Shown: positions 1-13,374 of the stretch, piece by piece | Layout: every line of letters begins with the position of its first letter | Position numbering within the stretch: position 1 is the stretch's first letter | Assembly: GCF_009914755.1 (NCBI RefSeq) | Contig: NC_060936.1 | Reading direction: 5' to 3' (one strand) | Length of the DNA stretch: 64,000 nucleotides | Source of the DNA: the human T2T-CHM13v2.0 reference genome, Homo sapiens | The notes under the pieces: model-generated | What the model saw: the letters and a program-made list of their open reading frames with translations, nothing else | Told to the model about the DNA's origin: nothing | Databases searched by the model: none | Made by a program: the position numbers and the translations under genes

Positions 1-224
<224 letters not shown>

Positions 225-239
225 TCAGGAGGTGTTTCT

Positions 240-750
240 CCCTCTTTAAAGGTCTCCAGTACTTTTTCATCACACCCAGAACAATTCCAGAGCCCAATTC
301 CTGGTTCTCTACCACCACTCAGACTATTTCCCCAACCACTCTGACCCTCCCCCACTGGGCTCCTGCCATACCAACCTCCTGCTTGTACCTTGAAGGCCTT
401 GAGCACACTCCCTTCCTGGGGCCTTTACATGTAAAATGATGCTTATTCAGATATTTTCCTGGCTCTATCCTTTGTTTTCTTCAGGGGTCTGCCCAAATGT
501 TGCTGTATCAGAGAACCCTTCCCTGCCCACCCTATGGGTAATGTGATGCTTTCCCACCCAAATCATGTTCTGTTCCCAGTACTGCTTTATTTTGCTTCAT
601 AGCACTTATTGTCTTCCCACTAGCATGTAAACTTCATGAGAAAAAGGGCTTTGTTTTGTTTACTTCTACATCCTCAATACCAAGAACACTGCCTGGCACA
701 TGAGAGACATTCAACATACATTTGTTGATTAAGTGAATGAATGAATGAAT
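240..750 (+). mobile_element. L2 LINE 3' end
   Basis: Typical L2 terminus ACACTGCCTGGCACAT...ATTTGTTGATT..GAATGAATGAATGAAT. Confidence 0.8.
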
Positions 751-943
751 TGAAAGAGTTCAGCTGTTAGGGGACTATTTGCTTTATCTCTGTGAATATC
801 AGAGTATAATCATTGCCTTACAATTGGTTAGCATTTCAAAGCATTTTCATATACATTAACCCATAAAATCCTCAGAAGATACAGGGGAATTTGTAGTACA
901 CATGTTCACTCTGAAGAAAGTGGGTTAGACACAGGTAAATTAA

Positions 944-1283
<340 letters not shown>

Positions 1284-3289
1284 CCCTAGGTCATATAGTC
1301 AATAAATGATTTGTCAGAGCTGAAACCCAAGCATGGTCTTTCCGTTAATCCAAAGGTCTTTTCACAAAGTGACACTAACCTTGCTAAGCCTTCATAAATT
1401 TGGAGAGCCATTTCCCTAACTTGATGCATGATGCATATTTAATATATCATCTCATTAGGTAAGAGTTGAGTGTCGGTTGAGAAAATAGACCCCTTTGAGG
1501 TTTTGTCTTGGGATACCAGTTTCAAGTAGGGAGTTCTTCAGGTTTGAGTGAAAGGTTTGTATTCTTGCTGACAATCAAACAGTAGAATGTACTTGGGACT
1601 ATCTCAAAGAGACATCTGTTCTCAGAGAGTGTTATGTGACTTTGAATGTCATTGAGCATTCCAACCCTGAAGGAATCATTTGAATATTCTCAGATTCAGA
1701 CTTCTCTTTGACTGAAACATGAAGTCTTTGAAAAGAAATTAAAACTTTCCCTGTTAGTTATTTTAAAGGGTAAATAAGGTGGAAAAAGGTGTTCTTCTAT
1801 GCTTTCAAGAAACATTAGAGAAGCCAGCCCGAAACAGCATTATCATGCAGGAAGAGGACCCAGTACCATGGAAGAGAAAGTCAGCCTATTATGAGGAGAG
1901 AGGGAAAGGATGCTCATGTGTGTTTAGTTTCTATTATCCATTGAGCATGGTTTCCACACTTTATCTGTGATCAAGTCGATGTGTAAACCTGTACAGGAGA
2001 AGGAGGAGGAGAAGAAAGTGGGAAAAGGAACAGAAGCAGCAGCCTTGTTCCAGGGCCCCATTGGAGGCCCAAGCCTCTTGAGGTTTGTGGGTTTGCCATG
2101 GGATTGACATCAAAGATTCCTCTTGCCTCTGTGCTTCCCACTCCTAATTAGCCAAGAAGCATAGAATAAGCATGCTCAGAAGTTCATAGGGGCTATGGAG
2201 GACACACAAGATGTATAAGTTGTATACCCTGCCCTAGAGACACTATTGCTAGAATGATAGAGTCTTTTTAAAAAGATTAGAGAAGCAACGTTGGCGATAT
2301 ATATTGGCACATGTTCCTCCTGACTTCTTTGGAAGCTCCATCACTTGGATACTCCTATGGACAAGCTCCAGAAGTTTATAAAGTAGCCTTTCAGCATCTG
2401 ACACAGCCTCTGTACATTCCAGCAGTAAGAAGCTAGGATTCATTCAACATGCCCCTGTCAGCAAGTATTTATTGGGCATCTACTATTTGCCCAACACAAT
2501 GCTGGGCACAGAAGCACCATGTAGGCAGAGCCCTCTGTAGAGCAGAGGCGTTCCCTCGGGTTTTCCCTGCCCTCCATTCCCTGCTTGTTGCTGGGAACTT
2601 TGCCTTTTTGCCTTTTAGCAAAGCCAGGGGACCAATCACTAGATGCCCATGGAATGACATTTCATGTTCCTTGGAGGTACAACTGCTTGACAATCAGCCT
2701 GGGAGCCTAGAAACAGACCTGTCCAGCAGCCTACATATGGTAGAGAAATTTATTACTATTTCCTATTTCCTCCACAGGAAAAAAAGAACTATAGCCTGTA
2801 TTTTGACATTTTAAAAAGACTTACGGGAGTTGTGCCACATCAAATGAGCTGACGTTATGATATGCTGACACTAATGTTCAACAAAGCACATTTATTGCAG
2901 AATTTAGAGGCCAGTCACATACTTCCAAGGTTTTTTATTGCTATTATTTCTTCTTGGGCTTGCCTATCTTGAGGTTTTCAAGAAAGAAAACTCTTGAGCT
3001 TTTTTTCCTGAGAAATCAGCTGACATGGTGCACCTTGGGCATATTCTCTTATCTCAGTTCACCAATGTGGCTGATAAATCATACAAGGGTTTGTAATTAT
3101 TTCAGTACCTTCCTCTGAAGTGTAATTCAAAGTATTCTAGTTTCAAATCCTAATTTTAAGGACACTTTGAGGAAAACACATTTATTTTTGGAAATTTAGC
3201 AATATTTTGCTTGTTTTGTTCTGCTTTGGTATCCATAAAACATATTTTCTATTGCAGAGAACAATCTGCAGTAGTTGAAGTGCCTAATG

Positions 3290-4040
3290 TCAACCAATGT
3301 TGAGCATCTACTCTGTGTTCATCCCTGTGGAAGAATTCAATTCAGTCCAATAACCCTTTGATGAGGACCAGTCATGTGTATAACCCCAAGGCAGATGCTG
3401 CAGGGCACATAGAGATGAACTTAGAGTCTGGGAGAGAATACAGGACATGCACACAAATAACTATTATACAAGGTTGGCATTGTAAGAAAGGCACAAACCA
3501 AGTACTATAAGGCTTTAAAGGCATATATCTGCTAGACTGTAAGCTACATGAAATCTCAGTTTTATGAGACACTGTATCATCAGTGCTTTCATCATCACCG
3601 GGCATATGGTTGCTTCTCAATAAATACTTTTTGACTGAATAAATAAACTTTCTATTTGGGGGTAAAGGTGAGGGATCAAGGTTAGACAAGACTCCAATGC
3701 AGAGTCTGAATTGACTCTTAAAAGATGGGGAGAGTTTTCAACAGCTGCTGGAGGTAGGAGGAGGGTGTTCCAGGTGGAAGGCAAGGCATCTGTTAAGTCC
3801 TGGAGGCTGGCAAGCCTCTGGAATGCTTTGGGCAGTATTTGGCTCGAGTTTATGGTACATATGTACAGGGGAGTAATGGGAAGAAAGGCAAACAGCATTT
3901 GTTGAGGCCAAGTTATGGTGACCCTACATACCAAGTTGGAACTTTGATTTTAATTTGTACACATTGAGGAAATAAAGTATTTTGAGAAGGAACTTGGCAT
4001 TTTCTGAACCATGATTTAGGAAAACTTATATGGTAATTAT
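3290..4040. mobile_element. Mixed L2 fragments
   Basis: TTGAGCATCTACT, CAATAAATACTTTTTGACTGAATAAAT and purine-rich antisense L2 body motifs; boundaries approximate. Confidence 0.55.
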
Positions 4041-4054
4041 ATGTAAAATATAGA

Positions 4055-4200
4055 TTCCAAACTTGAGTCTACACCAGGATTAACTGGGAAGCTTTTTAAT
4101 TATACAGATTTCTATATCCCCCAAGACCTAATGAATTGGGATATTCATTGTCTGTATTTCTACCAAGTTCTCAAGGTGATAGCCAACCTCAAAGTGCACA
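4055..4200. mobile_element. MER5-type hAT-Charlie DNA transposon relic
   Basis: CAAACTTGAG..CAGGATTAACTGGGAAGCTTTT..ATACAGATT..CTGTATTT..CAAGTTCTCAAGGTGAT. Confidence 0.55.
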
Positions 4201-5114
4201 GAATTCAAGATTACACGTATCTGGGGCTAGTTCTTCTGGGATCTTGGCATGGGAAGAGAGAAGAGGGAACAAGATTGCAGATTCATAGGGTTATCTGTGA
4301 GAAAAGGCCAAAGAGAGAGAAAGAGACTTCTGAGGTCAGAGTCTACAGAGCCCTGCAGCAGAAGGATAACAATCACGCTTGAGTCATGAGCCAAGGAAAT
4401 AATGATTGAGAAGAGAATAGAATCTAAGGGATCTGCAGGTGGGAGTCTAGCCACACGAGCAGAGATGAGAATGAGCAAGCAGAGGCATGAGGCATGGCTG
4501 CTGGGAGCACAGGTACATCAACATTTTCCTCTCCACCTGCCTGGCAAGCCTCAGGGAAGCACATCCCAGCAAGCAATTGAGTACATCAACCATTATTTCC
4601 CCATTTCAGAACTTTCATTTGTGTTTAGTGGAGATCTGTGTGATAACTCATATGCACTCAGATAAAGTGTCAATAAGAAGTTGTGGTAAGGGTCCTCTAA
4701 TCCACTGATTTTTTTTTTTTCTGATTTGAGAAGCCTGCAATAAAAATGCGAGAAGACTTAAACTTATTTCAAGGGCAGTTCAAGAACTGCAGAATTCACA
4801 GCATCACTGTTCTGCAGTCATAGTATAATTTTCTGTATGTAATAAAAGACACATGAAATACAACTTGAAAAATAAAAGGCTTCAAAGATTTATTAACTCT
4901 TTGAAATGTTATCCTAAGTAGTATGTTAAAAAGTCCATTGTAAAGAAAGCTATGAAAATTGGAAGGTATTACACCATAACTTTATTTCTTTTAAAACAGC
5001 AAAGATTTATTTAGGCACTAATGGCCAAATAGTTCAGTTTTGAAAAGTGGGGCCTGAATGATATAAAATAGTGGAAAGAACTACGCACAGGAGACAAAAA
5101 GAACTAAATGATAA

Positions 5115-5610
5115 TACTAACAACAATAACAGCAACAATGCTACACTTAATTTTGTGAATTCCTATGTACTAGCTACTGCGCTAAATGCTTCACATGCAC
5201 CCGCCTGTGTAAATCCTCACAGTAACTCTGTGATGTTGGTATGACTATCATCCCAATTTCACAGGGGACATATTGCAGTTCAGCGATGGTAGACAACTTT
5301 CTTATGCTCAAAAACCTTCTGAATGGTAGTGGTAGCACAAGCTGAATCTAAACGCATGCCCCTAACCAACATTTTCTGACTTTACTAATAACCAGCTGTG
5401 TTTTCCTGCTCTACATAAATCACTCCTTGAATCCTCGCAACAACTCTAGGAGTCAGGTACTATTATTACTTTATTCGCGTTTTATTGTCTTTTCATTTTA
5501 TAGGTGACATCACCGGGGCATAGGGAACTTAATGAACATTCCCCACATTATGCAATTAACAAATGGAGAGGCTAGAATTGGAACCAGATATGTTAACTCA
5601 AAGTCTGTCT
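5115..5610 (-). mobile_element. Two MIR fragments
   Basis: AATCCTCACAGTAACTCTGTGA..TATCATCCCAATTTCACAG and AATCCTCGCAACAACTCTAGGAG..GGTACTATTATT. Confidence 0.65.
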
Positions 5611-5769
5611 CTTAGTTTAGTGACACGTATACAACAACAACAACAACAACAAAAGATAGGGTATTTTCTAGTGTTTGCCACTAGGTTCTACTCTAATTAC
5701 TACTCTGTTCAATATTGTTACCAATATTGATGTCACAATGCTGTAGAATTGTAGTAATTAAATTGAATG

Positions 5770-6430
5770 ATTGACTTGGGATTCAATAAAGTCTAAGAGA
5801 CAGACGAAAAAAATGGAATCTAACAAAAGGATATGTAAGTGAGATGAATATCAGATCTTACTCATGAACCTAAAATCATGACTACCCCGTTTAGCAAGAT
5901 GGAGCCAAGAAAGAGATGAGGATCTTTTCGTAGATGATAATAGGGGAGTTTTAGGTGACATTAAGCACAATATGAGTCAAAGGTGGTTAAAAGCAACTTG
6001 CTCCAACTCCTCAGCATCAACAAACCAAATGTCAACTTAGGGCAGTGATAGAACCCTTCTGCCTCCCTGATTGAGACTAATCGGAAGAAATCTGGAATGC
6101 TGCATTTTGGTCAAAGCATAGAAGTGTAGCATGCTAGGAAGATGAAAGGACTTAAAACCATGTTACCGAAGAGTGGTTGAAGAAACTGAGGATATTTAGC
6201 CAAGAGGAGAAAAGACATAGAGGGAGAGCTAATAGCTCCTGTCATGTGTCTGAAGGACCTCAGAAAAAAACAAAAACAAACAAACAAACAAAAAAGATTA
6301 TTTGATTATCTTTCTCCCCTTGGGGCCAAAATAAATAAATAAATAAATAAATAGATAAATTTAGCTTAATAACAGAAAGATCTTTCTGGAAGTTGAATCT
6401 TCAAAAAGATGGAAATGATTGACTCAGGAA
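5770..6430 (+). mobile_element. L3/CR1 LINE fragment
   Basis: GGAGTTTTAGGTGAC..AAGCACAATATGAGTCAA and GGTTGAAGAAACTGAGGATATTTAGCC..GGAGAAAAGAC resemble the CR1 ORF2 3' end. Confidence 0.65.
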
Positions 6431-6599
6431 TTTTTGCACAACCCAGCTGCTTATTACAGTCATCTATGGGACTTTCTAACATTGTAGATACCAAGGCCCC
6501 AACTCCAAGGAGATGTGGAGAGATAATTTTGTATTTTTTTAAAGTTCCACAGGTGATTATGATGTTCAGTTAGAATTTAAAAACACTCCTTTGATGGAT

Positions 6600-6780
6600 A
6601 ATGGTAATAATAACTATTTATGATGATAACTATGCACCAGGGATTGCACTACATGCTTTATATATATAAAATTTCATTTCATTCTCATCTCCAAAGTTTA
6701 ATGTAGTAATGATGATCTCATTTTACTGGTGGATGAACTGAACCAAATTAAAGTACTTGCCCAAGGTTTCCAAGGATGGT
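6600..6780 (-). mobile_element. MIR
   Basis: ACTATGCACCAGG..CATTTTACTGGTGGATGAACTGA..AAGTACTTGCCCAAGGT. Confidence 0.6.
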
Positions 6781-7313
6781 AGAGGTGATAAGGAAAATAC
6801 ATCCACCTGGTTAGCAGGGGAGGTTGGAGGTTTCTGGCAGGTGGAGATCCAGGCTCAAACCCAGGACAGATGAATATGAGAGTGAATCACTCCATGTGCT
6901 TTGAGATTTAAATGACAGGATGAAGTCAGTCAAATTTAAGGGAGATTCCAAAATGAAAAATTTGTAATTCTGTCACTGAGAGCTCCAACAGGCAACAGGT
7001 CTTCAGGTTAAAGTTTATAAAAATAATCGAGTTTATAGAGATATTTCTATGGCATCAGAAATACCCATATCCTGGTAAGATTAAGGATAACTAGGCCAGA
7101 TTATGATGAGAATAGATGTATGCAAAGGCAAATACTGCACATCAAAGAGTTCTAGGAAACGGGAAACAATATTTGAGAGACAAAACTGAAGGAAAAAATT
7201 CAGAAAACAGTAGACAAATCTTGGGAGTCTTCACTACTTTAATCAGGTAAAAATGATTCCCTGAAGTGAAGTTCTGAGAAGACCTGTTGGCTCAAGAGAC
7301 AAATACAGTCTCT

Positions 7314-7316
<3 letters not shown>

Positions 7317-7364
<48 letters not shown>
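7317..7364. repeat. (TC)n microsatellite
   Basis: About 24 perfect TC units. Confidence 0.95.
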
Positions 7365-7367
<3 letters not shown>

Positions 7368-7916
7368 GTCTTATCTCTGCGGTAAGCCTCAGTTTTTCCT
7401 ATTTAATGTAAGGATTTGCCATATAGCATGAAACATGATGGCATGAAGCATAGCTGCCAGCAACCTCAGATTTGCACGCCTCTAGCACTGTTTCTTGAGA
7501 GGCTAGAGAGAATTTCCCCTGCAAGGTCCAGCTGAAAAATTCTGTGGAAGCTTTTTTGTTAGGTGGGCTTGAGTCATGTGCTCATCTAGACAGTAAGATT
7601 GACTGCAAATGGGGTCATATTCCCAGAAACGTAATCAGGGGTCAGGATACCAAAAAGTCTGGAAAGATGTTGAGGGGGCTGTGAGACAGACAAAGAGAGT
7701 AGCCATTTGAAATAGCAAACGTTATACTTAGCAGTGAGCCATTAGGAACTGTCCGATTAGAGTTAAGAAAAAGGCACAGATATTTCTTGTTAGCACTATT
7801 ACTTAATATGGTTCTGGAAGTTCTACCTTATTAGCTAAGGTAAACAACACCAAAGAGTACTGAAGTACAAGTATTGAAAAAGTAGAGACAAATATATTTT
7901 TAAAATATATTTTTGT

Positions 7917-8130
7917 AATAGTCTCGCAAGTTCTGAGGGGTTTATCAGGGGTTTCCACCTTTGCTTCTTCCTCATTTCTTTCTTGCTGCCACCATGTAAG
8001 AAGTGCCTTTTGCCCTCTGCCATGATTATGAGAGACTTCCCCAGCCATGTGGAACTGTGCATCAAATTAAACCTCCTTTTCTTTCCAGTCTTGGGTATGT
8101 CTATCAGCAGCGTAAAAACAGACTAATACG
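7917..8130 (+). mobile_element. THE1A-like MaLR LTR, 3' half only
   Basis: TATCAGGGGTTTCC..CCATGTAAGAAGTGCC..CCCAGCCATGTGGAACTGT..AAACAGACTAATAC terminus. Confidence 0.85.
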
Positions 8131-8463
8131 TGGGTGGATCCTTCACGAACAGATTACTGCCTTCCCTGGATGAATTCTTGCTCTATTAGTTCCCATAAGA
8201 GTAGGTTGTTAAAAGGAGCCTGACACCTCCTCCCCTCTCTCTCTTGCTTCCTCTCTTGCCATGTGGTCTCTGCACATGCCATCTCCCCTTCACTTTCTGC
8301 CACCAGTGGAAGCAGCCTGAGCTCCTTACCAGATGCACATGCTCATGCCATGCTTCTTGCACAGCTTGAAGAAGTGTGAGCCAAATAAACCTCTCTCTAA
8401 AATAAATCACCAAATTACCCAGCCTCGGGTATTCCTTTATAGCAACACAAATGGACTTAGACA
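8131..8463 (+). mobile_element. MSTB-like MaLR LTR, 5'-truncated
   Basis: GCTCTATTAGTTCCC..GAGCCAAATAAACCTC..TTACCCAGCCTCGGGTATTCCTTTATAGCAACACAAATGGACTTAGACA. Confidence 0.85.
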
Positions 8464-8524
8464 GTATGATTCTTTGAGAATAATTTAGCGATGCTTGTCA
8501 ACATTTAAAATGTGGTTACTCTTT

Positions 8525-9141
8525 CCCTTCCCCATGGGAAGACAAGGCCCATGTCTGATGTCAAGGCCATGTGAGCCCAGTCCCACAGCACTGTCTGATC
8601 TCTGCTTTGCAGCTCATACCCCCACAATCACTCCTGAGACCCCTGGCCTCTGGCTTCAGCCTTCCAGCCTCTGTTCCTCTAGTAAGGGCCTTCTGTGTCC
8701 ACCTCTAACCCAGGCCCCAGGGACCCAGACCCAGGGTGGAGATGGATGTCCCAGCTGGCATGGCTGGGAGCTGCAGACCTATCCTCCTGGTGGGCCCAGA
8801 GGCCCCTTGAGCTTGTGGAGCCCCACCTTGGGGTGCTGCCTGCCCATTTCTCTCCCAGGGAGCCCCAGCCCCTGTTGGGCCCAGGGACACTGGCTGGGCT
8901 CTGTGCTGACCCTCCCGTTCCACTCAGCCCTGGCCTCAGCAGCGCCACTCCTGCCTCCACCCTCTGAGCTTTGCATGTTCCACTAACCCGGGCAGGTGGC
9001 AGGTGGAGGTGTCAGGCTGCCAACACCTCTGCAAGGGCAGAACACTAACCTGACCATGGGCGGGGCCTTGCGGCATCCACCCCCAATAAAAGCAATTCCA
9101 ACCTTAAATAAATAAATAAATAAAATAAAATTAAATTAAAT
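8525..9141 (+). pseudogene. Processed pseudogene (retrocopy), apparently only the distal 3' UTR of an unidentified GC-rich mRNA
   Basis: GC-rich block in AT-rich DNA; AATAAA 9085-9090; A-rich tail from 9106; TSD AAAATGTG(G/C)TTACTCTTT at 8507-8524 and 9142-9159; TT/AAAA L1-endonuclease site. Confidence 0.85.
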
Positions 9142-9610
9142 AAAATGTGCTTACTCTTTAATCTAGCAATTCCACTTTAGGAATCTATATTATATATGTA
9201 AAGGTTAAAAAAACATGTTTAGAATTTTCCTAGAACAAACACCTAGAGAGAATGTAAATGTTCATAAATAGGGAATTGATAAAAATAATTATGGTACCTC
9301 CATATTATTGATTACTCTAAAGATTTTTAAAGGAATAAAGTACATTTTATTGACTAGTATGGACAGTTTTTGGTTATATATTTTTTAGTAATAAGACAAT
9401 TTATAGAATATATGGGATATAATCCAATATTTGTTTAAAAATGGAAAACATGCCTGTATATATAGATAGATGTTTATGCACATATCATAGGCCTTGTTAA
9501 ATGCACAGGAAGCTTTAATGGTGTTTTCTTCTAGAGAATGAGAGTAAGGTATGATTTTATTTATTTTTTTCAATGTGCACATAAGTATTTTTTGAAAAAA
9601 AATAAAGCCA
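9142..9610 (+). mobile_element. Ancient L1M (L1MC/ME-type) 3' region, host of the retrocopy
   Basis: CTAGCAATTCCACTTTAGGAATCTAT..TAAATGTTCATAAATAGGGAATTGATAAAAATAATTATGGTAC; continues 8464-8524. Confidence 0.7.
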
Positions 9611-10829
9611 GTAATTTTTCTAAATTTAAAAGTTTGACAAGTACAATTAATTTTCAAGTTTTGACTACTTTCTTTGAAGTTATAATGCTTTATATTGAGA
9701 ACTTTACATGTATGTAGTATTTTCACATGCATTAAAAATATTGAAATGTATGCTTTGAGGATATAACAGAAAGGAAAGGTTTGAGGCACAGAACTTTATC
9801 AGAATATAGAATTGCTTTTTAAAAATTCTTACTGAAACTGGTGGAAATATTTAGCTCCATGAGCAGAAAAGAATTCATGGAACCATTATATTCTAACCTG
9901 CTCTATCCACTAGAGACTGTCATGTAAATGTCTGACAGAGCTATGCATATGAGAAGTTACACAACATCAGTATTCATTAAGAGGGGTCATTCAGTACAAA
10001 GTGAGCTCATTTTTACCAATATAAATGTGCAGAGATCGAATGAAGGAAAATCAAAGATAAAGGAAAATCCAAAGTGTGACCTTGAGCCATTGCCTGTGGA
10101 TATAGTCTTGTTTCATCAATGTCAAGAAAAGCAAAGATAACTTTTAAGTTATCTTGGAGCATCAGAGCATGCCAATTACCTTATGATTCTACCCGCGATG
10201 AGAAATCAAACTAATACATACCTGCCTATTTCATAAAGAAGCATAATCACTTCACGCAAATGACAGGAAGAACCAATGTGGGTTACAGAATTTTGAGTTT
10301 AGAAAGCATTCAAAACAAAATGACAAACAAGAGTCAACCACAATTCATGACAGGGTTGTGCTAATTGATCTGGACAGAATTCTTCAGAATATGTTACTTA
10401 CAGACACCAAGGTGTCATAGAGAAAAGGAGAATAGTCAGTGGCATGTGAATAAAGTGTGGTGATTTGCACTTTATCCATGCCCCATCTAAATACTTTAGC
10501 CTCCCTGTTTGCTGAGGTTAATAATGTTAATAATGAAATTTCTCCAAGTGGCAGGCAAGGCAGGTAAGGAAAAATGAAATATGTATCAGATTACAAATAC
10601 GAAATTTTCCTGGAGTCTTCTTATTTCATGTAAGCCTGTATCAATATCAGTGCCCCATTTAGAAGTCTTGACTCTTCGTTTTTTCCTTCTCCTATTTTTC
10701 TTCATTTTTTCTTCTCCTCCTTCACTCTTAAAAAAAATTTCTTTTTCCTTTCCATCCTTCTTTTTTCCTTTTTCAAAAATACACTACCTCTTGTTTCCAG
10801 TAGGCAGCACCTGTATCTTTTTTTGGTGA

Positions 10830-11170
10830 ACTCTCCTCATGCTGCCACAGAGCACATTGCCTACATCCCTAGAGAGCCAAGAGTACTTAGAAAATTCCAT
10901 GAGCCTTCAGGTGGTCCTAATTCAGTGGGTGCTGAGATATGAAAGCCCACCTCCCTTATTTTTGTCAGAACAACTTTGAGGCATAACTCACACTCTATAA
11001 ATCCCTTGGATCAGTCTGAACACCCTTGAGGGACCTTGAGATTGCACCCTCACTTGCCTTCTTCCCCTTCATTGTTCTGTTTCCCCTATTCCCCTTCCAT
11101 GGTGTTCCTGGGGAACTTCCTTAATTAATCACTTGAGCACACATTTTTATTTTGGAGTTGCTTCACTTAG
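10830..11170 (+). mobile_element. LTR16-like ERVL LTR
   Basis: AAAGCCCACCTCCCTT..CAGAACAACTTTGAGGCATAACTCACACT..TTCCTGGGGAACTTCCTTAATTAATCACTTG. Confidence 0.6.
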
Positions 11171-12299
11171 AAAATAATTTCTTCCGTCAAAAAAGTTAAA
11201 TTGGCAGATATCTGAAAAATGTAATTTTTTAAATCTTCTAAAAATGTTTCCTTTAAATATATTTTTATTCATCAAAACATCTGTGTTTTGATAAATATAC
11301 ACACCTGTTTTGATGAATATATATACTCATAAATATATATGTCTACTGTGTACCCACGAAAATTAAAAAAAATACAATATAAACAGTAGATTGAAAAAAA
11401 TTGTTTTGTCAGTTGGTATATCCAGATTTTTAGTTGAGAAAAATGTGCCCATCATAGCTATAGGTAAAGCTTAAAAGAATTGATGTGACAGATAATACTA
11501 TTATGAATCTAACCAGGATGGAGTTTAATGATGGAAATCTCCCTCCCATCTCACCTCTCACTTTAGATTTGCAGAAATCCAATTCTCCATGTTGTATTTT
11601 TTCCTTGTTCACTTAGCTTTTACATACACACAAATAGGATTTTATTAGTGACTTACTCATGAACTCAACTTATTTTTCTTGAGGCCACTGACCCAATGTT
11701 CTTTGTGCATTTTTGGTACTTCCCAGGAGTAACTGAAGTGCAAAAACGGGAACAAATGTTAAGATCTCTACCTACTAACAAAAGGTTTAGGAATCTGTGG
11801 TATACTTCATTCTAAAAGAGAAGTAAACTTGTATTTTCCAACTAAAAATGGTGAAACAAAGGAATTTCCAGGTAACTCTCTCTCATGGACAATTTGAGCA
11901 TTCTGGTTAAACAAGGTGCTTTTTCTTTATACTGCTGCATACATCTTTTACAAAAAGGTTAGTGTCTAGTCCTGACATCTGTTGCATACATTTTTTTTTC
12001 CAGAGGGTGAGATTTGATAGTTCTGTTTCGATCAACATTAGGTTTCTCAGTTTTTGAGCAATACCCGCCAAATGAAGGGATGTAAATATGATGTCTCACT
12101 TGGAGGGGCATTTAATTACTCTGATATTTGGAACACAAATGTCTAGTTTACTTAGAGTCCTTTTCAGATAGGCACTTATAGGACTACATTTCTATTCAAG
12201 TATGAACAGAGAAAGCTTGATTTTTTCTAAGAAAGTGGCTAGTGGGAAGTAATACATCTGAGGCAACGGATGAAATACTAGTGAAAATGTGTCCACTTT

Positions 12300-12660
12300 T
12301 GAAAACTCTCATGCTGCTTCACTACTTCCTGTCTCTCGCTATGGAAAGACTTTCTCCTCTCTTTAACCTAGCAAACTGCTACTTATCCCTTTTCTCTGTG
12401 ATGCTTTTCTTGATGCCCCTTGACAGAGATAGCTTTTCTGACTTCTGGTTCTCTTATTGTTTTCTATATAATACCCTTATTATAAAGCAACTATCATATA
12501 TGTAATTTAATATTGTATGAATTTGTTTACCTATTAAAATGTATAATCTTTGAAAACAAATGCTGATTCTTGATTTATGAATCTCCACATTTTAGCACAA
12601 TGACTGACAAATATTTATTAAAAGATGAATGGATAGGTGAATAAATGAACAAATGATCAG
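12300..12660 (+). mobile_element. L2 3' fragment
   Basis: GCAAACTGCTACTTATCC..TTAGCACAATGACTGACA..ATGAATGGATAGGTGAATAAATGAA. Confidence 0.55.
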
Positions 12661-12902
12661 AAAATGAAGTTATTAATAGAGAGGGAAAGTAAAAGATAAA
12701 GAAGTGCATGGGCAGAAAATATGTGCTCTAAGAGATTGATTAAAGAACTATGTCTTTTAGGCTGGGGTGATTAGAGACAGTTCCATAAAGGAGGTTGGAT
12801 TTAAATTAGGACTCAAAGGATAAGTAAAGTTTTGCTAGTCCAGTGATCAATGATATTATTTATCAAGGTGCTTTCAGAGGCATTAGAAAATGCCATAAGC
12901 TG

Positions 12903-13374
12903 TGTTTCAGCCCATTTTGTATTGCTATAACAGAATACCTGCGTTTGGGTAATTTATTTTTTTAAAAAAGAGATTTAGTTGGCTCATGATTCTGGTGTCT
13001 GGGAAGTCCAAGAGCTTGGCACCAGCATCTGCTCAACTTCTGGTGAGGGCCTTGTGCTGCATCATAACATGGCAAAGAAATGGAAGGGGAACCAAGCATG
13101 TAAAAGGCGGGCAATACAGGAAGGGTGTTCTCATTTATAACAACTTGCTTTCACAGGTACGAATCCATTGCAGTGAGAACTAATCATGTGTCACAAGAGT
13201 AAGAATTCACTCACAACTTCAAGAATGGCACTAAGCCACCCATGAAGGTGGATCTTCCATGACACAAATGCCTCCCATTAGGCCCCACGACTTAAAGGTT
13301 CCACCTCCCAACATTGCTGCATTGGGAATTAAGATTCCAATATGAGTTTTGGTCGGGACACTCAAAGAATAACA
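12903..13374 (-). mobile_element. MST (MSTC/D-like) solo LTR
   Basis: GCTATAACAGAATACCTG..GGGTAATTTAT..GGCTCATGATTCTGG..GGGAAGTCCAAGAGC; TG...CA ends; near-TSD AGCTG/AGCTA. Confidence 0.8.

Noticed and set aside
8495-8986. 163-aa ORF over the GC-rich insert
   Set aside because: Starts at a non-ATG codon in the flanking L1M, has no recognisable domain, and lies in UTR-like retrocopy sequence
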